From Prasinococcaceae sp. CCMP 1430 (lineage: Eukaryota > Plantae > Prasinodermophyta), in NCBI GenBank assembly GCA_013416795.1, contig RQSC01000027.1, forward strand, positions 457,911 to 521,910: a DNA stretch of 64,000 nucleotides, written 5' to 3'. Shown here piece by piece: positions 8,536 through 19,561 of the stretch (within the stretch, counting starts at the first letter, position 1; each line of letters starts with the position of its first letter). The notes below the pieces were generated by a model. That model worked only from the letters and a program-made list of their open reading frames with translations. It had not been told where the DNA came from and ran no database searches. The position numbers were made by a program, and so were the translations under genes.

Positions 8536-11500
8536 CTAGGTTTCGGGGGGACGGGCCGTCTCCGTCTCCTCCAGCGCCGTTGCTGCATCCTCCTTCGCCA
8601 TCGTACCAGAGCCCACGCCTGCCGAAACCTCAGCGCCACCACCAGCATCGACTCGCGGCCCGAGGACGCCTACACCGTCCGCATCCTCGGCGTCCTTCGG
8701 CTGCGGCGCCGGCGCGTCCCTGTCGGGTTCGTCGAGAGCTTCGAGCTCCCACGGGTTGACCCAAAAATGCTCGCCGCGATAGTCCTCGTTGTCCCATGCC
8801 ACCTCTATGCACTCCCAAGGATCGCCTCCGGTAGACTGTACGCCCGTCCCGTCGGGCTCATGGAAGTGGTTCTTCACCACGGTGCCACTCCAGAATTGCC
8901 CACTCTCCCCGTCGTCCGCGTAGAACATCCTGAAGCGCTGCCCGCGCCGCCAGCGGAGGCTCATGCCGGCCTCGAATACGTTCTCGGGCACCACGAAGTC
9001 GGGTAAGGCGCTGTCCATGTGCATGGGCGCAGAGATGGGTAGCGAGTCGGCGCCGAGGTTCCCTAGTTTCGCATCGGTGAGCTGATCGACACGGTTCCCC
9101 TCATCGAGATCGAGCGCTCTTGGCACCAGGTGCATCCACACCTTGGGTAGAGGCGATGCTCGCACGACATCGCCATTTGGGTTCTCTCGCCTGGGCTTGT
9201 GCGCCCTCGAGCGGGGCTCCTGCTCCAGGAAAACCACCTCGCGCACGGTGCAACGCATGTGGTGCGGCATGGACGACATCGCTTCCACCGAGCAACCCGC
9301 TGGATCCACGGCATCTTTGACTGGCCCGAGGCTCCATACGTGCTCCTTGAGCTGCGCCTTGAGGCCGGACCTGAGCACCACCACGTGGTCGCCAGCCTTT
9401 GGCACGACTAGGTGGCAGCCGTTGGAGCGTGCGCGGTGCTGCCACTGCTCGCGCGTGGTTCGCTGCGCCGCACCCGCGCCGAGAGCCTCGGCGAGATCCT
9501 GCGGGTCGCTGCTGGCCACGGGCGTCGCGTCGAGCTTGGGGAGGAGCAGCGCGAGAGCCTGGGCGAGCGGAGCCTCGTGCGTCGCACGGTCCAGCGCGGC
9601 CTCGATGTCCGCGCGCCTCTTCGGGATTAGCTGGCCCTCGCCGAGGTGGGTCTCCTCGATAGCCACAAGGACAGCAGGCACGGCTGCGGCGAGCTCGGCG
9701 GCCGAGCGCGCGCGCGACACCAGCTGCTCGGCCACGGCGGCACGCGCGAGCTGGCTTGCAGGCACAATCCAAAAGGGGTACTCGGCGAGGAGACCCAGCA
9801 GGACTGAGCGGATGCGCTCAAGAGGCCACATTGAGAGTGCCAGCTTCGGTGACGTCGCGCGATCGCCCCACCCTGCGAGCCATGCACGGGGACCCGACGC
9901 TGCCGCTGCCCATGCCGCGGCGCTCATGTGCGTGGCCTTGGAAGGTCGCGCGGGCGGCAACGCTGCAATGGCGTCCGCGATGCGACGTTCGCCGGAGGCT
10001 CGCAGCGCCTTCTCAAGTGCGCGCAGCTCACACCCCTGCGCGCTCGCAGCAGAAGCTGCCGCACCAGCAGTCCCATTCCCCGAGGCATCGCCGCTACCGC
10101 ATGCGCGGCCATACTCGTACCACCGGTACAAGTCGCTGTCTCCGTTGCCGCGTCCTCCGTTGCTCCCTGTCAAGGGCTCCTGCACGACCACCGCAGACGT
10201 CGGTCCACCGCCTCCCAGACTGAGGTACGCGCGCCCCGTTGAGTCGCAGCCCAGCACCGTGCAGTCGCTGGCCTCGTGCAAGTTGGTGCCCCAAGACTTG
10301 AGGTGCGCAGCCTCGAGCGCGCGAATGGCCTGCTCGGGGGCGGGCGACGGTCGTGCGCCATCGCCATCGCCATCGCCTTCTTTGTCCTTCCTGCTCTTGG
10401 CGGTCTCTCTTCTACTGGGGGGCTTACCCACTGACTCTGCGAGCCTCGCCAGAGCCGTGCGGGCGTCAGTCTCGGCCGTTCTCTTCGCCTCGGCGTACGC
10501 TCTGAACCCCGGGGCGTCAGCGAGCACCCTCACCATGTGCGCGAGCAGCTCGCGGCGCCGCTGTACACCCATCCTCCAGTACGGCAGCACCTCGAGAAGC
10601 TGCGCAGCAGCATCGAAGGCGTCAAGCGCCTCCGAAGCAGTCGCGATGGTGGCCGGATCTGACATACCCTGCAACAGCGCACGCAGCGGTGCGTTTGCTG
10701 GAGCAAGCGCCCGTCGGAGCTTGTCTGGCCACGCTAGCGCGCGCATACCCGACCCTCGCGCCACCGCACGCTGCGACACCTCGGGCGCCGCAGCAGCGTG
10801 CGACGCGCTTCCAGCACCCGTGCGGAACGTGCCCGCAGCCGCACTCTCAAGCCCACGCACGAGCGACAGGTGCACATCACCTAGCACCTCCTCGGCTGCG
10901 AGCCGCACATGCAGCGCTCCCGAGGCGTCCTCGATTCGGCCTGCGCCGTCGCCGCCGTCGTCGGCGCCCTGCGTAGTCGGTCCGAGCTCCAAGGCCGCGT
11001 GCAGGAGCCTCAGCGAAAAGGGCCGAATGCCCAGCGCGTGCGAATACTGGTGCATGAAGTCCCAAATCAGGACGACGTCGGCGTGCATCGACGCGTGCAT
11101 GTAGGTGGGGCGCGGGAGTGCTGGCGGCACATCGGCGCCCTCGCAGGCGAACGCGCTGGGTGTGCGCATGCCTGACGCGGAGAGGGCCAGACGCGTCTCG
11201 AGGCCCTTCCTGCGCGCGCATAGCACTGCTTCAAAGCGTTGGCGCACAGTCACCCCGCAGGCCGGTGAGGGTGCCTGGACCACGAATACCACACTCTTGT
11301 CAGTAGCCTCGCGCGGCTCGTGTGGCAGCGGGTCACCATCCTCCACCACTCCCATCGCAGGCATCAAGGAACCGAGCGCCGCGAGCACGAACGGTGCCTC
11401 GGCAATCAGGTCGGCTTCCGCGTACTGGCGGGAGCTCTCACCAACGCCGCTACCGTCACCGCGCAGCACGGCGCCCAGCACCTGCGCGTAAGTCGCTCCG

Positions 11501-12498
11501 GGCTCACGAGCGAGGGCAGCCGCTGCTCGGACGGTGAGGTCGCGCTTCCGCAACGCACCGGTCAGCCCGCCGGTGCGTCCGTACGCGGCGGACGCAGTTC
11601 CAAGCACGTACCACGCTGCACCCGTCGCCACCCACAAGGCACCACCCTGCCCGTAGTCGACCCCCCACTCAACCACACCATCCACCTCGATGTGTTCCAT
11701 CGCGCCGCCGTGCGACTGTCGTAGCGTGCCTCTGAGCGTCACCGGCGTGTCCACACACACGCCGTCAAGTGGGGCCGCGGCCGTGCCTGCGCCGCCATCG
11801 CCAGGCGGCCGCATCGCGCGCTCGATCAGCTCGAAGTCGTCGATGAGGTAGCAAGGCAACTCCGTCGCCGCGCCAACGGCGGCTTCGCCCGAGCCGAGTG
11901 CTGGCGCGAGCGAGCGCAACCGGAATGCGTCGGCATGCGGGGGTGGAGGAAGCGTTGCACGCGTGCCCGGGCGCGGTCGAGGACGATACTGCCACGCGGC
12001 AGGCTCAGCTACCCCCTGTGGGATTAAAGCAGCGCTTGGAGGGCACGGAGCATCCTCCGCCTCGCTCGGCGCGGGCTCCTGTGCGCCTGGCTCGCTGGAG
12101 CCACCCGCTCGCAGGCGCTGCTCCGCACCGCGCACGTGCGCAGGCGCAGGCGGTGGCACGGCTGTCGAGGCCGTCGCAGCGGCTGGAGTCCGCGGAGCTC
12201 GTTTCCTGGAGATCTTGGACGCAGCGCCAACCGCCGGCTGTTTCTGTCGTGGCCTCGGCTTGGCTCGGCTCTGCTGCTGCTGCTGCCGCCGCTCATGCTC
12301 GTGCTGCTTGTGCTGCTGCTGCAGCTGCTCGTGCTGCTGATGTACCTGCTCCTGCGCGCGCGCGTGCTTCGGCTTCTTCGGCTTGGGCGACGCCGGCGCC
12401 GCCGGTACATACTCCTCCGGTTTCCTCCTCCTCCGCGCGCCGCAGACGACAGCATCGAGGTCGAGGCCTGCCAGGCCGCGGTCCCGCCTGCCCGCCAT
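8536..12498 (-). CDS. Chromatin-associated multidomain protein: RFTS (DNMT1-RFD)-like, DDT, WHIM/WSD-like and BRWD/PHIP-like C-terminal domains
   Basis: RFTS-like: LPCYLIDDFELI...VVEWGVDYG...LWVATGAAWYVLGTASAAY. DDT: DVVLIWDFMHQYSHALGIRPFSLRLLHAAL. WSD-like: LGCDSTGRAYLSLGG. BRWD-like: WRRGQRFRMFY...FWSGTV...DPWECIEVAWD...WVNPWELE. Basic NLS-like and Q-rich N-terminus. Likely ATG at 12498. Confidence 0.7.
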   Translation of the reverse strand: MAGRRDRGLAGLDLDAVVCGARRRRKPEEYVPAAPASPKPKKPKHARAQEQVHQQHEQLQQQHKQHEHERRQQQQQSRAKPRPRQKQPAVGAASKISRKRAPRTPAAATASTAVPPPAPAHVRGAEQRLRAGGSSEPGAQEPAPSEAEDAPCPPSAALIPQGVAEPAAWQYRPRPRPGTRATLPPPPHADAFRLRSLAPALGSGEAAVGAATELPCYLIDDFELIERAMRPPGDGGAGTAAAPLDGVCVDTPVTLRGTLRQSHGGAMEHIEVDGVVEWGVDYGQGGALWVATGAAWYVLGTASAAYGRTGGLTGALRKRDLTVRAAAALAREPGATYAQVLGAVLRGDGSGVGESSRQYAEADLIAEAPFVLAALGSLMPAMGVVEDGDPLPHEPREATDKSVVFVVQAPSPACGVTVRQRFEAVLCARRKGLETRLALSASGMRTPSAFACEGADVPPALPRPTYMHASMHADVVLIWDFMHQYSHALGIRPFSLRLLHAALELGPTTQGADDGGDGAGRIEDASGALHVRLAAEEVLGDVHLSLVRGLESAAAGTFRTGAGSASHAAAAPEVSQRAVARGSGMRALAWPDKLRRALAPANAPLRALLQGMSDPATIATASEALDAFDAAAQLLEVLPYWRMGVQRRRELLAHMVRVLADAPGFRAYAEAKRTAETDARTALARLAESVGKPPSRRETAKSRKDKEGDGDGDGARPSPAPEQAIRALEAAHLKSWGTNLHEASDCTVLGCDSTGRAYLSLGGGGPTSAVVVQEPLTGSNGGRGNGDSDLYRWYEYGRACGSGDASGNGTAGAAASAASAQGCELRALEKALRASGERRIADAIAALPPARPSKATHMSAAAWAAAASGPRAWLAGWGDRATSPKLALSMWPLERIRSVLLGLLAEYPFWIVPASQLARAAVAEQLVSRARSAAELAAAVPAVLVAIEETHLGEGQLIPKRRADIEAALDRATHEAPLAQALALLLPKLDATPVASSDPQDLAEALGAGAAQRTTREQWQHRARSNGCHLVVPKAGDHVVVLRSGLKAQLKEHVWSLGPVKDAVDPAGCSVEAMSSMPHHMRCTVREVVFLEQEPRSRAHKPRRENPNGDVVRASPLPKVWMHLVPRALDLDEGNRVDQLTDAKLGNLGADSLPISAPMHMDSALPDFVVPENVFEAGMSLRWRRGQRFRMFYADDGESGQFWSGTVVKNHFHEPDGTGVQSTGGDPWECIEVAWDNEDYRGEHFWVNPWELEALDEPDRDAPAPQPKDAEDADGVGVLGPRVDAGGGAEVSAGVGSGTMAKEDAATALEETETARPPET

Positions 12499-13400
12499 CG
12501 CGCAACCCCCTGCTCGCGCCCGCCCGACCGCCTGCCACGCCGCCGCGCGCCGGACCAGCTGCCCAACATGACTACAAACCCTCTTTTTATGTACCTCAAA
12601 CATAAACAGCATGTTTGATTTCAAAGGAACCTTTCTACAATTTATACATTGATGAGCTCGTGTAATTACGCGGAATTAGCAGTTTCACAATGCATAGAAG
12701 TGAAATATAAGTACTATATCAAAATGCATTCGAATCCGTCGACGCGGCACACAGAACCTCAACCTCGTCCCACCCGCCCCACCCCAACTCGCACCTCGCG
12801 CGCACCGCATGTTCGGGGAACATACCCACGGGCGAGTAAAACGAGTAAAAGGTATGTCAAAATGCATCTAAATTGTGTTTGGCGTTGGGGGGCGGCGCCG
12901 GCCGCGCTGCTGCTCCCGCGCGTGTGCTCAGTGCGTGTGTGGAGGTGGGGGGGGATGAGGGGTGTGTGGGGTGGGGGCAGGGGGTGCTGCCACGAGCGGG
13001 CGTCCACGTGCGCCCGTGCCTGCGTTGGCCGTCGGTGCGTGCAGACGCGCTGGGCCAAGCAGGGCGAGGCGGCGGCGCCACTCGCGCGGCGTCGCGCGGC
13101 GTCGCGCGGGTGCGCGTGCCTCGGCGCCTCCCCCCCCCACACACACACACACATCCCCCCCCATGCTGCGAGGCGGGTGCGGCGCCCGGCCTCGCGGCGC
13201 AGCAGCGCCAGCGGCGGCAGCAGCGGCGGCAGCAGGGCGATGGGCACGAAAGCGGCACGAGCGACGACGCGCACCACACCCCTCCGCCCCGCGGCACGCG
13301 GCCCGCGGCGCCCGGATCAGGTTACGTCGGCGTCGGCACTGACCGCGAGCGCATCTCGCCGGCTCGGTTGACACTGCCGCCGTCGCCAGTGACCGCCAAG

Positions 13401-13967
13401 GTTGACCCGCTCAGCCCGTTCAAGCGGACGTCGTACCTATCATGGGACGACTACTTCATGTCCATCGCCTTCCTGTCCGCGCGACGCTCCAAGGACCCCA
13501 ACAAGCAGGTGGGCGCCTGCATCGTCGGGAGCGACAACGTCATCGTGGGCATCGGCTACAACGGCTTCCCGCGCGGATGTGCCGACGAGCAGCTGCCATG
13601 GGCCAAGATCGCACAGGACGGCGACCCGCTCAAGACGAAGTACCCGTACGTGTGCCACGCTGAGGTTAATGCCATACTCAACGCCAACTCCGTCGGTGTG
13701 CGCGGCTCATCGGTGTACGTCACAATGTATCCGTGCAACGAGTGTGCCAAGGTGATGATTCAGGCGGGCGTGGCAGAGGTGGTCTTCTTCGAGGCCAAGG
13801 GGGGGAACAAGGCCAAGGATGCGCGCATCTACGAGGCTTCAAAACGGCTGCTAGCCCTTTCGGGGGTTAGAACAAGACAGCACTGCCCGGATGAGCCCAT
13901 CACGCTCGACTTCGCCCGCCGCCAGCCATGTGTGCCTCTTGCCGAAGCGGCAGCGGAGGGGGCGTAG
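13401..13967 (+). CDS. DCTD: dCMP deaminase; conserved core shown, 5' end or transit peptide unresolved
   Basis: YLSWDDYFMSIAFLSARRSKDPNKQVGACIV, GIGYNGFPRGC, KYPYVCHAEVNAILN and the Zn-binding PCNEC motif. No in-frame ATG lies close upstream, so a 5' intron or frameshift is likely. Confidence 0.92.
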   Translation, partial: VDPLSPFKRTSYLSWDDYFMSIAFLSARRSKDPNKQVGACIVGSDNVIVGIGYNGFPRGCADEQLPWAKIAQDGDPLKTKYPYVCHAEVNAILNANSVGVRGSSVYVTMYPCNECAKVMIQAGVAEVVFFEAKGGNKAKDARIYEASKRLLALSGVRTRQHCPDEPITLDFARRQPCVPLAEAAAEGA

Positions 13968-14184
13968 CCGAGGGCAACCAAGGCGCCATCGAAGCAGCGG
14001 TGATGCCGACCGCCTGGGAGTGCCTCTGTGGTAGCCGCGCGTGCAGACGCGTAGGCACCGGCCAGCCATGTAAAACAGATCAGATGACCTTGTGTACGTG
14101 CGGACCAACAACTGGCGAGCCGCGCGCGCCCGCGCTGCGACCCAAGGCGCCGCGGCCATTTCGTGGCATACTACTTGGCTGGAC

Positions 14185-16245
14185 TTACGCAGCCGCAGTG
14201 GCTTGGCCATCCCCTCGCTGCGTCGACTCGTCCGTGGTCGGCGCATCCTCGGCCTGAGCACCAACACCCGAGCCAGCGTTTCGCTCTTCCTCCGGCGAGG
14301 CTACGGCGCTGGAGGAGCCTTTCTCGAGCGCGGCCTCCAACTCCATCAGCCGCCATTCCATCGCCTCCTTCTTGCCCATGAGGACGCTGTTGACCGCGCG
14401 CTGCGTCTCGAGATCCTTTTGCGCCTGCTGCGCCGCCTGCAGCTCTGCTGAGATTGCCGCCATCTCCGCTTGCAGCTCGTGGTACCGCACAGTGCCAGCG
14501 GTGATCTATCGGTGGCGCGCGAAGCACATAAGGGTGCGCAATCCCATCGGTCAGCACACTTGGGCTCGTGCGCGCGCGCAGGCGCCTTGCATCGCCGCAC
14601 ATTGCACTGTCAGAGCGAGTTCGCTGGGCGGGAGCGCGAGGCGCACCTCGTTGCGAGCCTGTGACAGGCTCTGATTCAGCAGCCGCTGCTCCGTCGTCAT
14701 CTCGTGAAGCTGCTCCTGCGCCTCGCGCAGCGATTCCGTTGATGAGGCATGCTCGGCCTCAGCAAACTCGAGCTTTGACGTGTTTTCGCGGAGCTGCTCT
14801 CGCAAGAGGCTCAGCTCTGCGGCGCTCGCGTCGCGCTCGGCCTCGGCCTTCTCAGCCCGCTCACTAGCTGCCTTCGCCGCGTCCCTGGCATCGGCCGAAG
14901 CCACCTCCGCCGCATCTGTCGCAGCATCGGCGGCGCTCATGGCGTCCCTGACGGCGGCCTCCACCTCGGTGCGTGCGTTCTCGAGCCAAGCGTCGTGCTC
15001 CTTTGCGAGCGCCGCCTTCAGGGTGTCACGCTCCGCCTCGACGATCTTCAGAGACTTAGAATTGGTCTCCGTCCTCATCATGAGGACGAGATTGTCCGCT
15101 GTGAGCTTGGCGACGACCTCTCTCGCACGCGCCAGGTCAGCCTCTGCCTTGTCTGCGCGCGCTTCGATTGCGCTGCGCCCGGCCTTGGCTGCGGCCGCAG
15201 CGTCGCTGGCGGATGCGGCCACGTCCTCAGCGACGGACATGCGCTCCTCGGCGTGGCGCTTGGCCGAAATCATCGCGTCCATCTCTGACTGGAGCGCGTC
15301 GGCGCGTGCAGCCGTCCTCGCCTGGCCTTGGACCGCGTGCGCGAGGTCGCGCTCGACGATTGCGCAACGCTTCGCGACCTCAAGCTGCTTTTCCCGCGTC
15401 CCGCCCTCGCTCTCAAGCTGCCTCATAAGCACGTACAGACGGTCGGCAATCTGCTTCTTGGCGCGCTTGGCGTCCCGGCACGCCTTCCTCATCCGCAGCG
15501 CCTCGGCGCTCGCCAAGCCGAAGGCCCGACGCAGCGAATCAAGCTGCATTGAGGAGTACTTCAGCTGTGACACGGACTTCTTCACGACGACGCGCCGAGT
15601 GGCAGCGCTCATGCCCGCCGTGCCCGAGCCCCCTTCGTTTTCTAGTACGCGTGCGAGGCGCGCCACGCTCTCGGCGACGGCGTCAGCCAGCTCGGACATC
15701 TCTGTAAATTGCGATTCGAGCACGAACTTGTCGAGATGCCCGACACCCCCGCTTGGGGGCACTGCGCGTCCGCTGGTCGGCTCATCGACTTCGTCGCCCT
15801 CACTGTCGCTCGCGGCGCTCTCAGTCTCTTCCTCTCCCTGTGCGCGCGTTGCTGGAGGCGCATTGAGGGCGTCGAGCACCTCGTCCTGTTCGTCGTCCTT
15901 CAGCAGAGCGCGCGCCGCGCGCGGCGCCCCAGAGCTGGGCAGCGCGGTCGCGACCAGTCGCTCCGCCTGGGCGGTCGTGGGCCTCGCGTGGAAGTGCGCG
16001 GCGGGAGACTCGCGCACGACCCGTACCGCTGCGCCCACAGGCGACAGCGGCGCGACGAGCTTGCCCGTGCGCCGGTCGGAGAAGCCAACCGACGACACCG
16101 CTGTTGCGGCGAACCCGCCCGCTTTTCCGCTTCCCCCAGCGGCGGCAGCGGCGGCGGCGGCGGCGACGGCGGTGGCGGCCTGCCTGCCCCCCTTGCCGCG
16201 GGCGCCCTTGCCGCCCGCCTTCGCCGCGCCCGACGAAGTCGGCAT
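14185..16245 (-). CDS. Coiled-coil protein of unknown function, two exons
   Basis: Exon 16245-14647, GT-AG intron 14646-14506 (GTGCG donor, phase 0), exon 14505-14185. The two frames join as ...ARNE|ITAGTVRYHELQ. Long heptad-rich C-terminal half. Confidence 0.75.
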
Positions 16246-16426
16246 GATTATCTGTCGCGCACCAAGGCCCGCCGCGACCCGCCGCGCGCCCTGTGGCAGG
16301 CTGCCCCGCGCTTCGCAGCAGCACGGCGAAGCAGCACCGCGCAGCACGCGCGCCCGGGCGTGCGCGCGCGCGCGCGCGATTCAAACGCGGCGCTCGGGGA
16401 ACCGAAATACCTTAAATAATTGGGGT

Positions 16427-16435
16427 AAACCCTAA
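16427..16435 (+). promoter_or_regulatory. Telo-box-like motif (AAACCCTAA) in an AT-rich island upstream of the 16245 minus-strand gene
   Basis: Exact AAACCCTAA. Related motifs occur near 21750, 27513-27530 and 28935-28956. Confidence 0.4.
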
Positions 16436-16907
16436 CAAAAATAATGATATTTTATATTGAAGAATGCGAATTCGCAAACCCTACTTTTATTTCTTGGAAG
16501 AAGAAGTGCACGTCAAACATAGGGCCTGCGGAACGAACACTGGTCAGTGTGTGGGCGAACGATTCGTACGCGCGCCTTCACGACGGTGCTTGCGCTGGCA
16601 CTGCGGGGGGCCGCGGCACGCCACGCAGCGACGCATCGCAGTCGGCTTTGGGCCGCGGCTCGTTGCAGAGCGCGGGTGAAGGCGGCCGCGGGGTGGTGAG
16701 CGCGTCGAGCGTGCCGCACTGGCTGGCGCTCGAGGAGGGCACGGTGACACTGATAAGTGATAAAAATATGGATGCATTGATGAATGCGCTCATTCCATGC
16801 AGTGGCGTTTTGCAGCGAGCAGGGCTGCAGACGAATGGTTGCCGTGTGGTCAGTCGAGTGGTGTGTTTGCGAGCGACTTGCTTGGCGGACGCCTCGTCGA
16901 CGGTGCG

Positions 16908-18737
16908 TCAGCATGGGAGAGAGTGTTCCAGCTTGTACGGCCAGGGCGGGAGCGGGGGCTCAGCGCTGTTGCACGAATCCGACAAAGCGAGTGAGCACAC
17001 GCCGAAGTCCACCGTCGCGAGGTCGTCCATGCCGGTCGTTTCTTCTATCCAGTCGATGTACTGCGACAGACGCGTGTAAACTCCGGGAAACTCGGCCGTT
17101 GCGCACGACCGTCCGAACGAGACGAGTCCGACGAGGTGAGGCCTTCCGTCTGCGCCGATTGCTACCACGGGCCCTCCGGAGTCACCCTGGCACGCATCCC
17201 TCCCACCGCCCGGGCAGCCCACACACAGCATGGTGAGCGGGTCGAATTCGCCGTCGATCACCGTCTGATTGCTGCTAATTGAGCTCACCCCGTTGGCATC
17301 TCCGCTTCCAGCGTCTCCGGCGGTCGCGTCGTACGAATCGGAGGAGTTGCCGTAGTCGTAATCGTAGTAGTACGAGCCGTAGTCGTAATCGTAGTAGTAC
17401 GAGCCATAGTCGCCGTACGAGCCATAGTAGTACGATTGGTAGTAGTCGTACGAAGCAGGACCCTCGAAGCTCTCGCCATCACCTGCCTCGGCGCGCGCCA
17501 GCACGTCCGCAGTGTTTGCGTCGCGTGAGAGTGCCTCGTCCATCGCGTTTGAGACCACCTTACGCACCGTGTAGTTACCGCAGGTGGCGTCGGCCCCTGG
17601 AGGAGACAGCATCTGCACGGTCGCGTACTGCAGCACGGCAGGGACTGCATCGGCCGACTGTGCGCACGTGGCGTTGGTGATGGCATCGCACGTCCGCCCC
17701 CATCCTGCGACAAACAGTGCCGCGTTTTCAGGCGGGTCCCCCCGAAGCAAGTCGATCGGCTGCGCGAGCTCGAGCGGGGGCGGCGTCGGGACCGGAGGCG
17801 GAGGCGGGGCCACGGGCGCGCGCGTCAGCTCGGAAAGTCGCTCCGGTGCTGGTGCCGGCTCGGGCTTGGACGCGATGCTGGTGGGCGCACGCGTCAGGCT
17901 TCCCTCGGTCTCAGCTGCCTGCGCCCCAACCACCCCCGGCTGCGCGAGAAGCGGATCGGCGAGCGCCGAGCCCGGCGGTGGCGAGGGCGGTGGAGGCCGC
18001 AAGATGATAGCATCTTCAACTCCTGCTGCTGTCGCCACCCCCTGTTCGTCTCCCGAGTCAGGGAACAATGGCGGCGGCGGCGCGCGCCAAATCGCGTTTG
18101 GATTGCTGCTGACGTCCGCGCCGCCAACGCCTGGAGCACCCCCTTGCGGCGGAGGTCTCAGTATGGACCCCGGCACCTGCAAGAGCATCCGGCGACCGCC
18201 ACCATTTTTATTCGACGCCTCGGCATCAGTGCCGCCCCCCGCTGCCTCTCCCCCTGCGGTGTTAGCAGCGCTGTCCTCGTCGGTACTCTCGTACGACTCC
18301 ACGTACGACTCGCCGTTGCCCGAGCCGATGATGTCCCCCACCTTGAGCAGGGCTACATCATTACGCAGCGTTTCGCGCTCGTACTCCGGGTGAAGGATGA
18401 ACTTTTCTGCGCGGCGAAAGACCGCCTTCTCGGCGTCTGTGCTGCCTTTGCGAAAGAAGACCTCCTGCACCCCATTCGGATCGTAGTCGTGCAGGCAGTG
18501 TGCCGCCGTGATGGCCCAGGTGCCGTCGCCGAGGAGCGCCCCCGCACATTGCTCGAACGGGAACTCGATGACGAAGTAGAAAGGGAACGGCGTCGACACG
18601 AGGCCGCCAGTGACGCCCTCCTCGAGCGTTGAGTTGGCATCCGCGCCCCCCACCACGCAGCTCGCGGGCAGTGGGGCGCTCGCCCCTGCCGCGAGCAGCA
18701 GCAAGAGCGCACACCCGCCGCGGGTCGCCGCTCGCAT
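16908..18737 (-). CDS. Secreted trypsin-like serine protease (S1A) with large low-complexity insertions
   Basis: Signal peptide (CALLLLLAAGASA). Triad motifs: CAGALL...ITAAHC (His), RNDVALL (Asp) and RDACQGDSGGP (Ser, with S1 Asp). Also VGLVSFG, C...PGVYTRLSQYIDWI. Confidence 0.9.
   Translation of the reverse strand: MRAATRGGCALLLLLAAGASAPLPASCVVGGADANSTLEEGVTGGLVSTPFPFYFVIEFPFEQCAGALLGDGTWAITAAHCLHDYDPNGVQEVFFRKGSTDAEKAVFRRAEKFILHPEYERETLRNDVALLKVGDIIGSGNGESYVESYESTDEDSAANTAGGEAAGGGTDAEASNKNGGGRRMLLQVPGSILRPPPQGGAPGVGGADVSSNPNAIWRAPPPPLFPDSGDEQGVATAAGVEDAIILRPPPPSPPPGSALADPLLAQPGVVGAQAAETEGSLTRAPTSIASKPEPAPAPERLSELTRAPVAPPPPPVPTPPPLELAQPIDLLRGDPPENAALFVAGWGRTCDAITNATCAQSADAVPAVLQYATVQMLSPPGADATCGNYTVRKVVSNAMDEALSRDANTADVLARAEAGDGESFEGPASYDYYQSYYYGSYGDYGSYYYDYDYGSYYYDYDYGNSSDSYDATAGDAGSGDANGVSSISSNQTVIDGEFDPLTMLCVGCPGGGRDACQGDSGGPVVAIGADGRPHLVGLVSFGRSCATAEFPGVYTRLSQYIDWIEETTGMDDLATVDFGVCSLALSDSCNSAEPPLPPWPYKLEHSLPC
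17352..17405. repeat. Two exact 27-bp tandem copies encoding GSYYYDYDY inside the protease
   Basis: gtagtcgtaatcgtagtagtacgagcc at 17352-17378 and 17379-17405, followed by degenerate partial copies. Confidence 0.9.
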
Positions 18738-19561
18738 GCTTCCCGGCGGCTCCCTGCAGAAGAAAGACGGGATGTTCAGTCAGAGCGCGCCAGCCGTCGG
18801 CCACCGCGCGCGGCCCTCTCGCCCTCCTCGCGCGCGGTCGCCCGACCTCGGCCGGACCGCCGGCCGAGGGCACGCGGGCGCGCGCGGGCCCTGGACTGCT
18901 CGTTCGCCCCCCCTGCCTCCCCCCGGGGGAGAGGCACGCGCGCGCCGTGTGGCGGGAAGTGCCCCGCCGCGGGGCGCGCGGCGATTTTCCCGCGCACCGC
19001 GCGCGCGAAAAACAACAACAACGGAGCGCGCTCCGAAATGCGCCCGCAACCAACGCTCCGAACGCATCACCACGGTGGAAATGCACGGAGACAGCGCCCA
19101 AATGCGAAACCGCACAGTATGCATATGCCGCATTATTGATTTCCCCCCACTCATTGCCGCCGCTTACGCGTGAGGCGATTGGCGTCCGCGGCACACGCAT
19201 TTTCGACACACGTGCGCGTCCGCGCGGCGTGGACCGGAGGACTCGTGGACGAGAGCGCGCGAGCGGGCCGAGCACACGTCGTCGGTGCCTCGGAGCGGGC
19301 GCCTCTCCACGCAGTGCACGCACCATCACAGTGCGACCGCAGCGTGGGCTGCGGCCTGCGGGGCGTGCCGTGAGCGCCTCGCGCACGCCGCATGGTAGCA
19401 GCAGCGGGCGTGGGGGTGTGGAGCGGGGCGCGTGGCCGCCGCCGCTGCCACCCGGAGCTGGAGCTGAGTGCGAGGAGCGCCTTCCGAGGCCCGCGAGCGT
19501 GTGGGGCGACCTTCGTGCGGACTGTCGTCCAGATGGGCAAATGGTGGCGTGTTTTTATAGA

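Noticed and set aside
17335-17455. Short direct repeats that might suggest a CRISPR array
   Set aside because: The copies are adjacent with no unique spacers and are in frame within a protease. No cas genes are present and the DNA is eukaryotic.
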